A stretch of 64,000 nucleotides of DNA from a virus. Position 1 is the first letter of the stretch, and every line of letters begins with the position of its first letter. The position numbers and the translations under genes are program-made. The stretch lies in IMG/VR virus record IMGVR_UViG_3300005253_000055. One strand, 5' to 3'. This document shows, piece after piece, positions 16,098 to 24,793 of the stretch. The notes beneath the pieces are model-generated. The model worked only from the letters and a program-made list of their open reading frames with translations. It did no database searches and was not told the origin of the DNA.

Positions 16098-16597
16098 TGG
16101 AACTTCTAACTTATTACATAGTAGGAGCCTTCGCAGTAGGTGCTATTACTTTTACTACTAGTCAAAGTGGTATATTTAAGGAAGTAAGAGATTGGATGGG
16201 TAGATTACACCCTAAGATAGATGATCTAATACATTGTCCTTGGTGTTCTAGCTTCTGGGGATCAGTTATATTTATGTTTATAGCTATGTTCTTAGCTGAT
16301 TTACCTTTGTTTATCATCAGTAGTTATACCTGGTTTAATATACTAGTTATACTATTTGCTTTTCATGCAGTTACTGGATTTGTACATTATATACTTATCC
16401 TAGCGTACGCACCTATAGCAAAGAATGAGATGGCAAGGAAGCAGAGAAGACAACAGGAACTCGCTGCAAGAATAGGAAGCTCCGTTCATCATGAAGATTC
16501 TGAGATTCAGATAGCAAAAGGAAAGAGAAATTTGAAGTTCCCTGAGGTTAAAACAGGAGTAGAGAAGAAAAGATTATATAATAGTCTAAATAGATGA
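16094..16597 (+). CDS. membrane protein with CPWC motif (DUF1360-like)
   Basis: 167 aa; 3-4 hydrophobic segments; HCPWCSSFWGS immediately before a TM segment. Confidence 0.5.
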   Translation: MMELLTYYIVGAFAVGAITFTTSQSGIFKEVRDWMGRLHPKIDDLIHCPWCSSFWGSVIFMFIAMFLADLPLFIISSYTWFNILVILFAFHAVTGFVHYILILAYAPIAKNEMARKQRRQQELAARIGSSVHHEDSEIQIAKGKRNLKFPEVKTGVEKKRLYNSLNR

Positions 16598-16600
16598 ACA

Positions 16601-17140
16601 ATGTACCGTATAACAGAAAAGTTACAAGGACAGTTAGTAGTAGGCTACAAGATAGCATATACTACAAAGGAAGATGGTTACTACAATTCAGTATATACAA
16701 GTATGGTATATGATACTGGTAAGATACCGGATCTTTCTATGTTGATGACTAATAAGGGTATGGTTCCTCTAAATAGTCTTCCTGTTCATCCTCAACTTAC
16801 TTATCTCAGAAGCGAACAGTTCCTTTTAGATGATACTGATATATTTAATGAAGTCTTACGTGACCATTTTAGTAAATATCATCACAAAAAGACGGCTCTT
16901 TATGCTAACCTTCTGGATGCCCAACGACACTTAGGTAAGCTGAAATATTGGCTTGATGACCATCCAACAGATTATAGTTTAGATTATCAACCCCCCAATA
17001 TTATTCTAGTAGTATTACAGATGGAAGGAAGAGCTTGGTGGAGGATACAAAATACAGAAGATCCTTCTAACTATCTAGCCGGAGCAAAAGGGTTCCTAAT
17101 AGGAAACATCAAGTCAATAGAGGAACTAAATAGAATTTAA
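16601..17140 (+). CDS. paralog family B (GYK[IV]A), member 3 (divergent)
   Basis: MYRITEKLQGQLVVGYKIAYTTKEDGYYNSVYTSMVYDTGKIP matches the family B N-terminal pattern. Confidence 0.5.
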   Translation: MYRITEKLQGQLVVGYKIAYTTKEDGYYNSVYTSMVYDTGKIPDLSMLMTNKGMVPLNSLPVHPQLTYLRSEQFLLDDTDIFNEVLRDHFSKYHHKKTALYANLLDAQRHLGKLKYWLDDHPTDYSLDYQPPNIILVVLQMEGRAWWRIQNTEDPSNYLAGAKGFLIGNIKSIEELNRI

Positions 17141-17187
17141 AAGAATCCTAGTTAAATAAAGTTAAAAACAGTTAAAACAAAAGAAAC

Positions 17188-17709
17188 ATGTCAAAGACAG
17201 TTAAAATTATTACGAAAGAAGTTCTTAAGGACAAAACAAAAGTAGATTATGCCAAGTTAGGTATACTTGAAGAAAGAGGTGAGAAGGTTACAGACCCTGT
17301 AACAGGGGAACAGTACTTTGCTCACTCAGATCCGAAGAAAACAAGTTTTAATGCCTGGAGTAAAAAACCCTGGGATAAAGAAGGTGAGGCTAGTCCCGAC
17401 CTTGGATATAACCTAGAAGTAGGTCAACGTATCCTTGGTTCTGTAGTTACTAGAAGAGTAACTCCATACGATATGCCTGTTGACCCAGATTCAGGGGAGA
17501 TACGAAGCGTTGATACCTATAGCTGTTTAGTTAAAGGTGATACAGATAATGCTGAGGAATTTGAGATTGCTATTGAGCGTCAGTTCAGAGCAAATAATCA
17601 TCCTCTTCCAAGTATAGAGGAAGAAGCAAAGATGGAAGAAGAGAAGCTTGCCACTGGAACGGCACTACTCTCTGAAAAAAGCAAAGTTCCAGTAGCCGAG
17701 TTAGGCTAA
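17188..17709 (+). CDS. hypothetical protein (own strong terminator, probably abundant)
   Basis: 173-aa ORF, followed by a strong hairpin plus T tract. Confidence 0.65.
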   Translation: MSKTVKIITKEVLKDKTKVDYAKLGILEERGEKVTDPVTGEQYFAHSDPKKTSFNAWSKKPWDKEGEASPDLGYNLEVGQRILGSVVTRRVTPYDMPVDPDSGEIRSVDTYSCLVKGDTDNAEEFEIAIERQFRANNHPLPSIEEEAKMEEEKLATGTALLSEKSKVPVAELG

Positions 17710-17715
17710 ACAATT

Positions 17716-17756
17716 AGAGAAGGGAGGTAATTAGGATTCACCTCCCTCTTCTTTTA
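17716..17756 (+). terminator. rho-independent terminator
   Basis: GAAGGGAGGT...ACCTCCCT stem with at least 8 GC-rich bp, followed by CTTCTTTT. Confidence 0.7.
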
Positions 17757-17785
17757 CACTAATTTTTAATACTAAACCCAAAGTT

Positions 17786-18133
17786 ATGCGCAATGAAACT
17801 ACAAGTTTAATTCTTAATTGGAGAACGAAGACTGGTGAAATACCAATAACGGAGATGGATTATGATCATTTAACCAAAGCTATATCAACAGTCAGGAGTC
17901 GGTTGAGAGCATACAAGAAACAAATAAATGTTCTTAATGCTCTTAAAGAAGAAAAGGATAGAAGAGAAGAGCAAGCTAAAACAATAGCTCTTCAGGAGAT
18001 AGAGGGGTTAACTTCCGAAAATATCCTTCTTATAGGTAGTGAAAACGAAGTCTTATTAGATTTAGAGGATAGAAAAGAGTACTACCAGAGGGTAGCTCAT
18101 TCGGGGAAGATAGTTAAACTCAATTTTGTATAG
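17786..18133 (+). CDS. hypothetical protein
   Basis: 115-aa ORF. Confidence 0.6.
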   Translation: MRNETTSLILNWRTKTGEIPITEMDYDHLTKAISTVRSRLRAYKKQINVLNALKEEKDRREEQAKTIALQEIEGLTSENILLIGSENEVLLDLEDRKEYYQRVAHSGKIVKLNFV

Positions 18134-18154
18134 TAATTAACTTTTTATTCATTT

Positions 18155-18207
18155 ACTTGACATTTAGTAGGAAAAGTGGTAATTTGCCCTTTCCTACCTT
18201 GTCAAGT
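18155..18207 (+). promoter_or_regulatory. sigma70-like promoter embedded in a palindrome (operator-like)
   Basis: TTGACA (18157-18162), 17-nt spacer, TAATTT (18180-18185); flanked by ACTTGACA / TGTCAAGT (18155-62 / 18200-07) and TAGGAAAAG / CTTTCCTA arms. Confidence 0.4.
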
Positions 18208-18223
18208 TAAACTCATCAACACT

Positions 18224-18460
18224 ATGACAAATCATATATTAATCCAAGGACTACTTTACCTACTTGGATTCTACCTACTAGGAATACTAATCACTCACAT
18301 TGCTATTAGAATAACTTGGACTATCGTAGGTATGAAGATGCGAGAAAGCGAGAAGATATGGCTCCTGAGTACAGCTCATTGGAGTTGGTGGGGTCTTTAT
18401 ACCTATATCAAAGGACATAGACAAGCAATTAGGGAAGCGAACAAGAAAAAAGGAGAGTAG
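18224..18460 (+). CDS. small membrane protein
   Basis: The track start (18176) is a non-ATG codon. ATG 18224 follows TTAAACTCATCAACACT. MTNHILIQGLLYLLGFYLLGILITHIAI is hydrophobic. Confidence 0.5.
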   Translation: MTNHILIQGLLYLLGFYLLGILITHIAIRITWTIVGMKMRESEKIWLLSTAHWSWWGLYTYIKGHRQAIREANKKKGE

Positions 18461-18472
18461 AATTACTCTCCT
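18444..18472 (-). terminator. rho-independent terminator oriented for the minus strand
   Basis: AGGAGAGTA-GAAT-TACTCTCCT 9-bp stem; the T6 tract is on the minus strand only (A6 at 18445-18450 on plus). Confidence 0.5.
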
Positions 18473-18516
18473 GTATATAGAACATGAAGTATAGTTGGAA
18501 ATGTCATTAATCCTTT

Positions 18517-18696
18517 TTATCCTATAATTTGTAAATCAGTATTGATTGTAGCCTTGATACAGCCTATAACCATACGTACTCTATCCCTAGTGATAGTCTC
18601 GATACCTCTTTCTTGGGGGGTAGCTTCCAATTTCCTTGCCTTCTGCCTTGCAACGGCCTCGATTGAAATTACAAATCTGTCTTGTGCAGTAAACAT
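18517..18696 (-). CDS. small ribbon-helix-helix-like protein, lone antisense gene (59 aa, absent from ORF track)
   Basis: ATG at 18696; MFTAQDRFVISIEAVARQKARKLEATPQERGIETITRDRVRMVIGCIKATINTDLQIIG; followed by the minus-strand terminator; divergent from polA. Confidence 0.45.
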   Translation of the reverse strand: MFTAQDRFVISIEAVARQKARKLEATPQERGIETITRDRVRMVIGCIKATINTDLQIIG

Positions 18697-18756
18697 GATG
18701 ATTATTAAATTTAGTTCCTTGTATTATTTAAGCAAGTTATACAAAGTACAGTTAAG

Positions 18757-21700
18757 ATGCAAGTAAAACATAACATTTATTTCCTGACATTAAGAACGCA
18801 TAGTGAGATAAAGCGATTTCCTATTATTCGATCAATAGAACCAGTAATCGAAGCATTAAGAAAAACAGACTCCATCGGATTTGACCGGGAGTTTACTAAT
18901 CTCGATCCAATATTGGCAGAACCCTTACTCAGTCAGATCGCTACACCTGAGGTAGCTTTTATAATTGATGATGTCTCAATAGACCTGGGAGAGATTCTGA
19001 AAGACTTTACACACCTACAGTTCATAGGTCACAATATAAAGATAGACTACCAGATGACCAAGCTAAATAATAATATAGTCTTTAGAAACGTTTGGGATAC
19101 AATGATAGTAGACCAAAGACTATCTCTAGGTTCTGGTAGGTCGAATGCACTTGAAGCAACTGTTGAAAGAAGATTGGGTATACGTCTGGATAAGAGTAGA
19201 GTTAAACTGTTCATAGGTATGACACCTGACAGTACGATCACAGATGAACACTTAGAATATGCTATAGAAGATGTTCTCTATCTACATAATGTACGAGAAA
19301 GTCAACGTAAATCTATTGAGAAACATAAACATGAACTGTTGCTTTACGATATTGAGTTTCCTTTAGTGTCTTTGATAGGAGATACAGAATTAGAAGGAAT
19401 GATACTTCTAGAAAAGTGGAAGGAACAAATTACATATAATGAGAAGATACGACAGGAGATAGAAATAGGATTAGATAAAATACTCTTAGAAATATATGAA
19501 AATCAGAGTGGCTTTGAGGAGCATGAGGGGTTAAAGCCATTAGTTCCTGTCCTTAGAAGGAAAAGAAGATATGAAAAGACATATAAACTTGATCTCTTTG
19601 AAGACTCTGCAATAAGTAAAAATGCTAACGCTCGATTTATAAACTATAACTCATCGAAGCAAGTTCTGGACATATTCAGACTACTCGGTTTATGGATTCC
19701 TACAGCAAAGAAGAAGGATGCTAAGACCGGAGTAAAAAAAGTAATAAATTCTGTAAGTGAAGAGGCTCTACAGCAATATATCATAGACTATGATACAGTT
19801 CTTACTCCTTTTATAAAAGAGTTACTAAAACTTAAAGGAGTAATAAAGGGATTAGATTCATTTGGAGAAAGATTTTTAGTTAGTAAGTATAAGGTATATA
19901 AAGGAGGAAGGAAAGACCAGTCTAAGATAGGATTTAAGAATCCAGTAACGGGAAAGGTTCATACTCTATACAAGCAAGCTATGACTGAGACCGGTAGATT
20001 AGCTAGTGGTAATGAGAAGATAGGGAAGTTCAATTCACAGAATGTACCAAAAGATAATAGATACCGCACCTGTTTCGGAGTAGAAGAAGGTTTTGAGGTA
20101 GTAACAGCAGATCTATCAGGAGCTGAATTAGTAATAGGAGCTTCACTATCTGGTGACAAGAGACTATTAGAGTTGGTAGCTGGAGATGATCCTGATGTAC
20201 ATAGTCCTTTAGCAGAGATATGTTATGATGAAATTACAAGTTATATTCTTAATAATATAAAAGGAGAAAGACAAAGAAAGGAATTAGAGGAGTTATATGA
20301 AGCTGCAGAGTATATTTATGGGGATGAGAGACACGAGATTACCCAAAAACGAGTAAAGGAAGTACTAGAAACCGGTCACTTTGTTCTTAATAAAGAGACA
20401 GCTAAAGACATAAGAGATAAGTTTAAGAACGTTAGCTATGCCTTACCTTATGGAGGAGGCGTAGAAAGAATCATGGATATTCTCAATATGGCTAATGCCT
20501 ATGCAACAATTGTAGAAAGTACATTAAAGAACGAACTTCCCGACTTCTTCAAGTATCTTGAAGGTAGTGCTAAACAAGGAGTTGAGAATGGAGTAGTTTA
20601 CTTCAATTCAAGAACTAATAGTAGAAGATGGTTTCCTAAGGCAATGGAAGCTAATAGCAGACGACAACGACTCTCATTTGCTGATCAAGGTGCAATTGAA
20701 AGAGAGAGTAAGAATGCCGGTATTCAAGGATGCCTACAAGGTCATAGTAAAGTATTAACAGAATTAGGATATATAGAAATAAGTAAAATACATAGGAAGA
20801 TGGAAAAGCCAATGAAAGTATGGAACGGTAACAAGTGGTGTGAATTCAATGTTTTAGACAGAGGATCATGCCAACTAGCTCAGGTGCATCTTTCTAATGG
20901 CCTGATGCTAGACTGTGATACTCGCCATGAATTGTTAGTAGTTACAGAGGAGAGAAGCAGCTTCAAAAAAGTTACCGAACTTACGTCAGAAGATAAAGTA
21001 GCTATGAGTATGCCGGAACCTATGGATGTAGGAATACCTCCTCAATCCTTTAGTTATAAGGCAGGAGTACATAACTCTATTTCTTTTGACTATCAACCTG
21101 ACTCAGAGTTATTCTATTGGATAGGTAGATATTTGGGTGACGGTAATATGTACGACTATCGGCTGGTTATTGTATTTTCTACTAAGCCTAGTGATTTAGA
21201 AGCATTGGCTCGTGCAGAGACATACTTTGCAGGGTTTAATCCAAAGGTAAGGAAAGTAAAAGAGAATCTGTATGAGTTCACAGTAAACTCAAAGGGATTA
21301 GTAAAATTGATAGAGGCACAAGGGTTTAAGCAAAATAAAACTGCTAAAACTAAGAGAATACCAAACAGTATCTTTTCCCTTCCCTTAGAGTATAGGAAAG
21401 AGCTAGTAAGAGGTTTTATGGGAGCAGACGGATGGTTAGGTAGTAGAATAACCTTACATCTTGCTCAACGTGAAATATTAGTAGAAATGATGAGACTTCT
21501 ACGTACCTGTGGTGTTGCTTCTCGTTTGCACGGCCCTTATAAATATAAAGAATTTACTAGCTATAGATTGGATATTAGTAAGCGTTTGTATCTAGAGCAT
21601 ATGGAAGGAATTAAAACTCCTAATACCTATCCTCAAACTTATGCTACAAGAGCAATGAAAGAAAGATTTGCAGAGCACTACAAGTACAAACGAAACTTAT

Positions 21701-22179
21701 TTAAGACTGGGAGTAGTGAAAGATCTTTGTTTAATCGTATGTTGGTTCATGACCCAAGAGACATTTCCGTATATAAACTTAAAGAAATGGATATAGAGGG
21801 AGCAATAGAGATCTACGACTATGATACTTTCGAAAAGCTCGTAGTATTGGAAGAAGAGGCTGTTACTTATACCTTAGAAGTAAAGGACTTATCTCATAGA
21901 TTTGATAGTGAGGGAATTATCTCAAAAAATACTCAAGCTGATATGCTTAAAGAAGCTACAGTAGACTATTTCTATCAATACATTCAACCTAACAACCTAG
22001 AGGAACGTGTTAAGTTTCTTCTATTTGTTCATGACGAGATAGCTATAAAGATACCAAAGGGAGAACATCATCACGCAGATAAATTAAAGTTTCATATGAG
22101 TCAAGCTGCTAATAGATACTTGATACCAAGTATTAAGATGGGAGCTGAATATAAAATAAGAAAGACATGGATAAAGTAG
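18757..22179 (+). CDS. polA: family A DNA polymerase with 3'-5' exonuclease domain, interrupted by an intein
   Basis: Exo motifs GFDREF, HNIKIDY, YAIEDV; pol motif B-like KFKNVSYALPYGGG; NAGIQG|TQAD split by the intein; motif C LLFVHDEIA. Confidence 0.9.
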   Translation: MQVKHNIYFLTLRTHSEIKRFPIIRSIEPVIEALRKTDSIGFDREFTNLDPILAEPLLSQIATPEVAFIIDDVSIDLGEILKDFTHLQFIGHNIKIDYQMTKLNNNIVFRNVWDTMIVDQRLSLGSGRSNALEATVERRLGIRLDKSRVKLFIGMTPDSTITDEHLEYAIEDVLYLHNVRESQRKSIEKHKHELLLYDIEFPLVSLIGDTELEGMILLEKWKEQITYNEKIRQEIEIGLDKILLEIYENQSGFEEHEGLKPLVPVLRRKRRYEKTYKLDLFEDSAISKNANARFINYNSSKQVLDIFRLLGLWIPTAKKKDAKTGVKKVINSVSEEALQQYIIDYDTVLTPFIKELLKLKGVIKGLDSFGERFLVSKYKVYKGGRKDQSKIGFKNPVTGKVHTLYKQAMTETGRLASGNEKIGKFNSQNVPKDNRYRTCFGVEEGFEVVTADLSGAELVIGASLSGDKRLLELVAGDDPDVHSPLAEICYDEITSYILNNIKGERQRKELEELYEAAEYIYGDERHEITQKRVKEVLETGHFVLNKETAKDIRDKFKNVSYALPYGGGVERIMDILNMANAYATIVESTLKNELPDFFKYLEGSAKQGVENGVVYFNSRTNSRRWFPKAMEANSRRQRLSFADQGAIERESKNAGIQGCLQGHSKVLTELGYIEISKIHRKMEKPMKVWNGNKWCEFNVLDRGSCQLAQVHLSNGLMLDCDTRHELLVVTEERSSFKKVTELTSEDKVAMSMPEPMDVGIPPQSFSYKAGVHNSISFDYQPDSELFYWIGRYLGDGNMYDYRLVIVFSTKPSDLEALARAETYFAGFNPKVRKVKENLYEFTVNSKGLVKLIEAQGFKQNKTAKTKRIPNSIFSLPLEYRKELVRGFMGADGWLGSRITLHLAQREILVEMMRLLRTCGVASRLHGPYKYKEFTSYRLDISKRLYLEHMEGIKTPNTYPQTYATRAMKERFAEHYKYKRNLFKTGSSERSLFNRMLVHDPRDISVYKLKEMDIEGAIEIYDYDTFEKLVVLEEEAVTYTLEVKDLSHRFDSEGIISKNTQADMLKEATVDYFYQYIQPNNLEERVKFLLFVHDEIAIKIPKGEHHHADKLKFHMSQAANRYLIPSIKMGAEYKIRKTWIK
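20731..21930 (+). mobile_element. 400-aa intein with LAGLIDADG homing endonuclease domain
   Basis: Starts at Cys659 (CLQGHSKVLT). Block B-like DTRHELL. Two LAGLIDADG motifs (WIGRYLGDGN, LVRGFMGADGW). C-terminal VTYTLEVKDLSHRFDSEGIISKN followed by +1 Thr. Flanks rejoin as NAGIQG-TQADMLKEA. Confidence 0.8.
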
Positions 22180-22433
22180 AAAAATGGAGAAACAACAAGA
22201 CCGGTGACATTTACTGGGAACTTTGTTCTCTAGTTGATGCTACCAATGAACCTAAATATGGAGATATAGTTTTTTATACCAAAGTGATAACATGGAAGGA
22301 TCTTCTTTCTAGAATTACTTATTGGATAAAGGGATATAAGCATCCAGCTAAAACATTCTTCTTTCGAGAGTCAGGGGAGTTCATAGATAAGTTTACTCCT
22401 CTAGATATATGGAAGATGAACAATTACTTGTAG
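22167..22433 (+). CDS. hypothetical protein
   Basis: 88-aa ORF overlapping the polA stop by 13 nt. Confidence 0.55.
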   Translation: MDKVEKWRNNKTGDIYWELCSLVDATNEPKYGDIVFYTKVITWKDLLSRITYWIKGYKHPAKTFFFRESGEFIDKFTPLDIWKMNNYL

Positions 22434-22460
22434 AATAAGTTTTTACCAACTAAGTTATAT

Positions 22461-22820
22461 ATGGAAACTATAAATGATCATTACTTTATTATGACCCTGG
22501 GTAGTTTAATACTCCTAGTAGTCTTTATTTTTCTTTATAGTATGCGTAAACCTACTAAGAAAGTAGAAATTGAGCTAAAGATAGCTCCAGCAGCAATGCA
22601 AGAGCAGGAACTTATAGACCTGCTTCAACTAGGAGAAAATGGAGAGAAGGAAGAAGCAAAAAAATTCTTAAAACAAAACTTTAACTATGCAACTGCAAAA
22701 CTACAAGAATTATCCAACCCTGTACAAGAAAGACAGTCTGGGAAAGATACGAACATTCACGATACGAATAAACCAGATGGACAGTGGGACGGTATTGTCA
22801 CAGACCACAGGACTATTTGA
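22461..22820 (+). CDS. small N-terminally anchored protein (3' end overlaps ligase out of frame)
   Basis: 119 aa with TM segment HYFIMTLGSLILLVVFIFLY; the last 134 nt overlap the ligase gene. Confidence 0.45.
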   Translation: METINDHYFIMTLGSLILLVVFIFLYSMRKPTKKVEIELKIAPAAMQEQELIDLLQLGENGEKEEAKKFLKQNFNYATAKLQELSNPVQERQSGKDTNIHDTNKPDGQWDGIVTDHRTI

Positions 22821-23865
22821 TGGTAAGAAGATAACTACAGAAAGATGGTTTCTTCATGGTACTAATATAGGTAAAGCCAATGAAAAGACTCCTTATGATG
22901 TAGCCATTACAGAAGCAGAACATAGGATTTCTAAGAAGAAGGATGGAGGGTATAAGAAAATAAATGTTCTTGGGCCGGAAAGAAAAACAGAGAGTCTTCG
23001 ATTATTTCTCCTGGACTCTCTTCCAGACACGGCCACAGATGCTCAAGGAGTATCTAAGCCAATGAAGGCAAAGGTTGTTGATTATAGTAAGGTAGACTTT
23101 CCTATATATGTACAACCTAAACTCAATGGTGTTAGACTCACAATACGAGAGATAAACGGAGTAGTAAGAGCACTCAGTATTAGCGGCAAGCCATATGATG
23201 TAGCGGCTGCTCATATAGTTAGTGAGCTTACCCCTCATCTTCTTGGAAGTGGTCTAGTACTCGATGGAGAGTTCTATAAACATGGTTGGACACTAGGTAA
23301 GATAGGTGGTCTTGCTAGAACACAACAATTTTCAATTGAACACCAAGAGTTACAGTTTTGGGTCTTTGATATGGCAATGGAGGGTATCTCTCAAGGAGAG
23401 AGACTTCAACTATTCAATGCTATTCCATTTGAAGAACTAAAGACGTGCCATAGAGTAGCAACTCATATGATATCCGCTAAAGAAGCTATAAAGAAACTAC
23501 ATGACATCTTTGTAAATGATGGCTTTGAAGGGGCCATACTCAGAAACATAGATGCGGAGTATGGCTTTGGAAAAAGAGATTGGAGAATGCAGAAAGTTAA
23601 AGCTTTTATGGATGAGGAGTTTAAGATTACTGGTGGTAAGACTACTCCTGGTGTTTCAATCGAAGATTCCTTCGTGTTCAAGTTTGAGACGAAAGAAGGC
23701 AAGACCTTCTATGCTAAACCAAAAGGTACTGCTGCTGTGAGAAAGAACTATGCCTCACAGGTAGATAGCTTGGTGGGAAAGATGTCAACTGTTAGATTTT
23801 TCGAATGGACAGAGGATGGTCTTCCTCATCAAGGACGTATGGTAGTAATTAGAGATTATGAGTAA
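22687..23865 (+). CDS. ATP-dependent DNA ligase
   Basis: Motif I-like VQPKLNGVR (K-x-[D/N]-G), motif III LVLDGEFY, motif IV FEGAILRN, motif V DWRMQKVK. Confidence 0.85.
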   Translation: MQLQNYKNYPTLYKKDSLGKIRTFTIRINQMDSGTVLSQTTGLFDGKKITTERWFLHGTNIGKANEKTPYDVAITEAEHRISKKKDGGYKKINVLGPERKTESLRLFLLDSLPDTATDAQGVSKPMKAKVVDYSKVDFPIYVQPKLNGVRLTIREINGVVRALSISGKPYDVAAAHIVSELTPHLLGSGLVLDGEFYKHGWTLGKIGGLARTQQFSIEHQELQFWVFDMAMEGISQGERLQLFNAIPFEELKTCHRVATHMISAKEAIKKLHDIFVNDGFEGAILRNIDAEYGFGKRDWRMQKVKAFMDEEFKITGGKTTPGVSIEDSFVFKFETKEGKTFYAKPKGTAAVRKNYASQVDSLVGKMSTVRFFEWTEDGLPHQGRMVVIRDYE

Positions 23866-24061
23866 ACTAGTATTAACAAGAGATGTTTCTATAGGGGAAT
23901 GTCCTTGGCTTGATAAGGATATGAAAAAAGGTGATATGGTCTATGAGTACAAAGAGTATACTTATGGTTGTATAACTAACAACGGAGTAGCCTGTTCTAA
24001 AGAAGAAGAGGAGACTCCTTTCTTTGAATTACCAATAGATTCAGTTAAAGTAATAATATGA
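23858..24061 (+). CDS. hypothetical protein
   Basis: 67-aa ORF overlapping its neighbours by 4-8 nt. Confidence 0.5.
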   Translation: MSKLVLTRDVSIGECPWLDKDMKKGDMVYEYKEYTYGCITNNGVACSKEEEETPFFELPIDSVKVII

Positions 24062-24243
24062 GCGATATATTAGTAAAGGATGGTACGACCATTCTAATTA
24101 AGGAAGACAAGCTACTTGTAGAAGTAACTATAGATCTGGAAGGAATTAAGACGGCTACATATGCTCTTAAGTCTAGAGAACATAATAGAGAAGATACAGA
24201 ACCTATTCAATCTACGTATGTACAGTTTCATGAAGGAGAATAA
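24058..24243 (+). CDS. hypothetical protein
   Basis: 61-aa ORF with ATGA overlap to the upstream gene. Confidence 0.5.
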   Translation: MSDILVKDGTTILIKEDKLLVEVTIDLEGIKTATYALKSREHNREDTEPIQSTYVQFHEGE

Positions 24244-24248
24244 AGACT

Positions 24249-24476
24249 ATGAGTAAGGACAAGCTTCCTTCTAAAATAGTAGTAGCACCAAAAAGTACAG
24301 CCCCTCTTACTATTACTTTTGAAAGTCAAAAAGATGATAAGACATTAGTCACTATTATTAGAAATGACGGAAAAAAGGTACAGAGTCATCTCTGTTCCCC
24401 CTTGGAACGGGATAACTGGTTAATTACTATTCACAATGAGACATTACAAGTAGAAACTAAATATTACTATGAATAG
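24249..24476 (+). CDS. hypothetical protein
   Basis: 75-aa ORF. Confidence 0.5.
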   Translation: MSKDKLPSKIVVAPKSTAPLTITFESQKDDKTLVTIIRNDGKKVQSHLCSPLERDNWLITIHNETLQVETKYYYE

Positions 24477-24792
24477 TATAGGAAAACCAAGGAAGGATGT
24501 ATTTTGGAAGGATGTACCCGAGAAGGAGAAGTACCAATTCCTTCCTAATACATATGCAGATCAATTTAGTCATATATTTGGAACGAGTCCGAAAAAGTAT
24601 GAAGATAGATCAATATCAATGATTGAGTTGCAGTATAGACTCGACCTACTTAAATTTGATGCCGAGTTCTTAGAAGTAAAGTTTCCAAATTACATTAAAG
24701 ACGAAACTTCTATGAAGGCACTTATTCTTAGAGAGTACGGAGAGGATGCAGGGAAGTTAGTTGAAATACTAGCTAATATTAAAGGAAATTGA
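24469..24792 (+). CDS. hypothetical protein
   Basis: 107-aa ORF. Confidence 0.55.
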   Translation: MNSIGKPRKDVFWKDVPEKEKYQFLPNTYADQFSHIFGTSPKKYEDRSISMIELQYRLDLLKFDAEFLEVKFPNYIKDETSMKALILREYGEDAGKLVEILANIKGN

Positions 24793-24793
24793 T

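Noticed and set aside
18542-18766. 74-aa plus-strand ORF upstream of polA
   Set aside because: It has a TTG start, a hydrophobic low-complexity product, and runs into the polA start. The opposite strand has an ATG-initiated, charged 59-aa ORF with a correctly oriented terminator.
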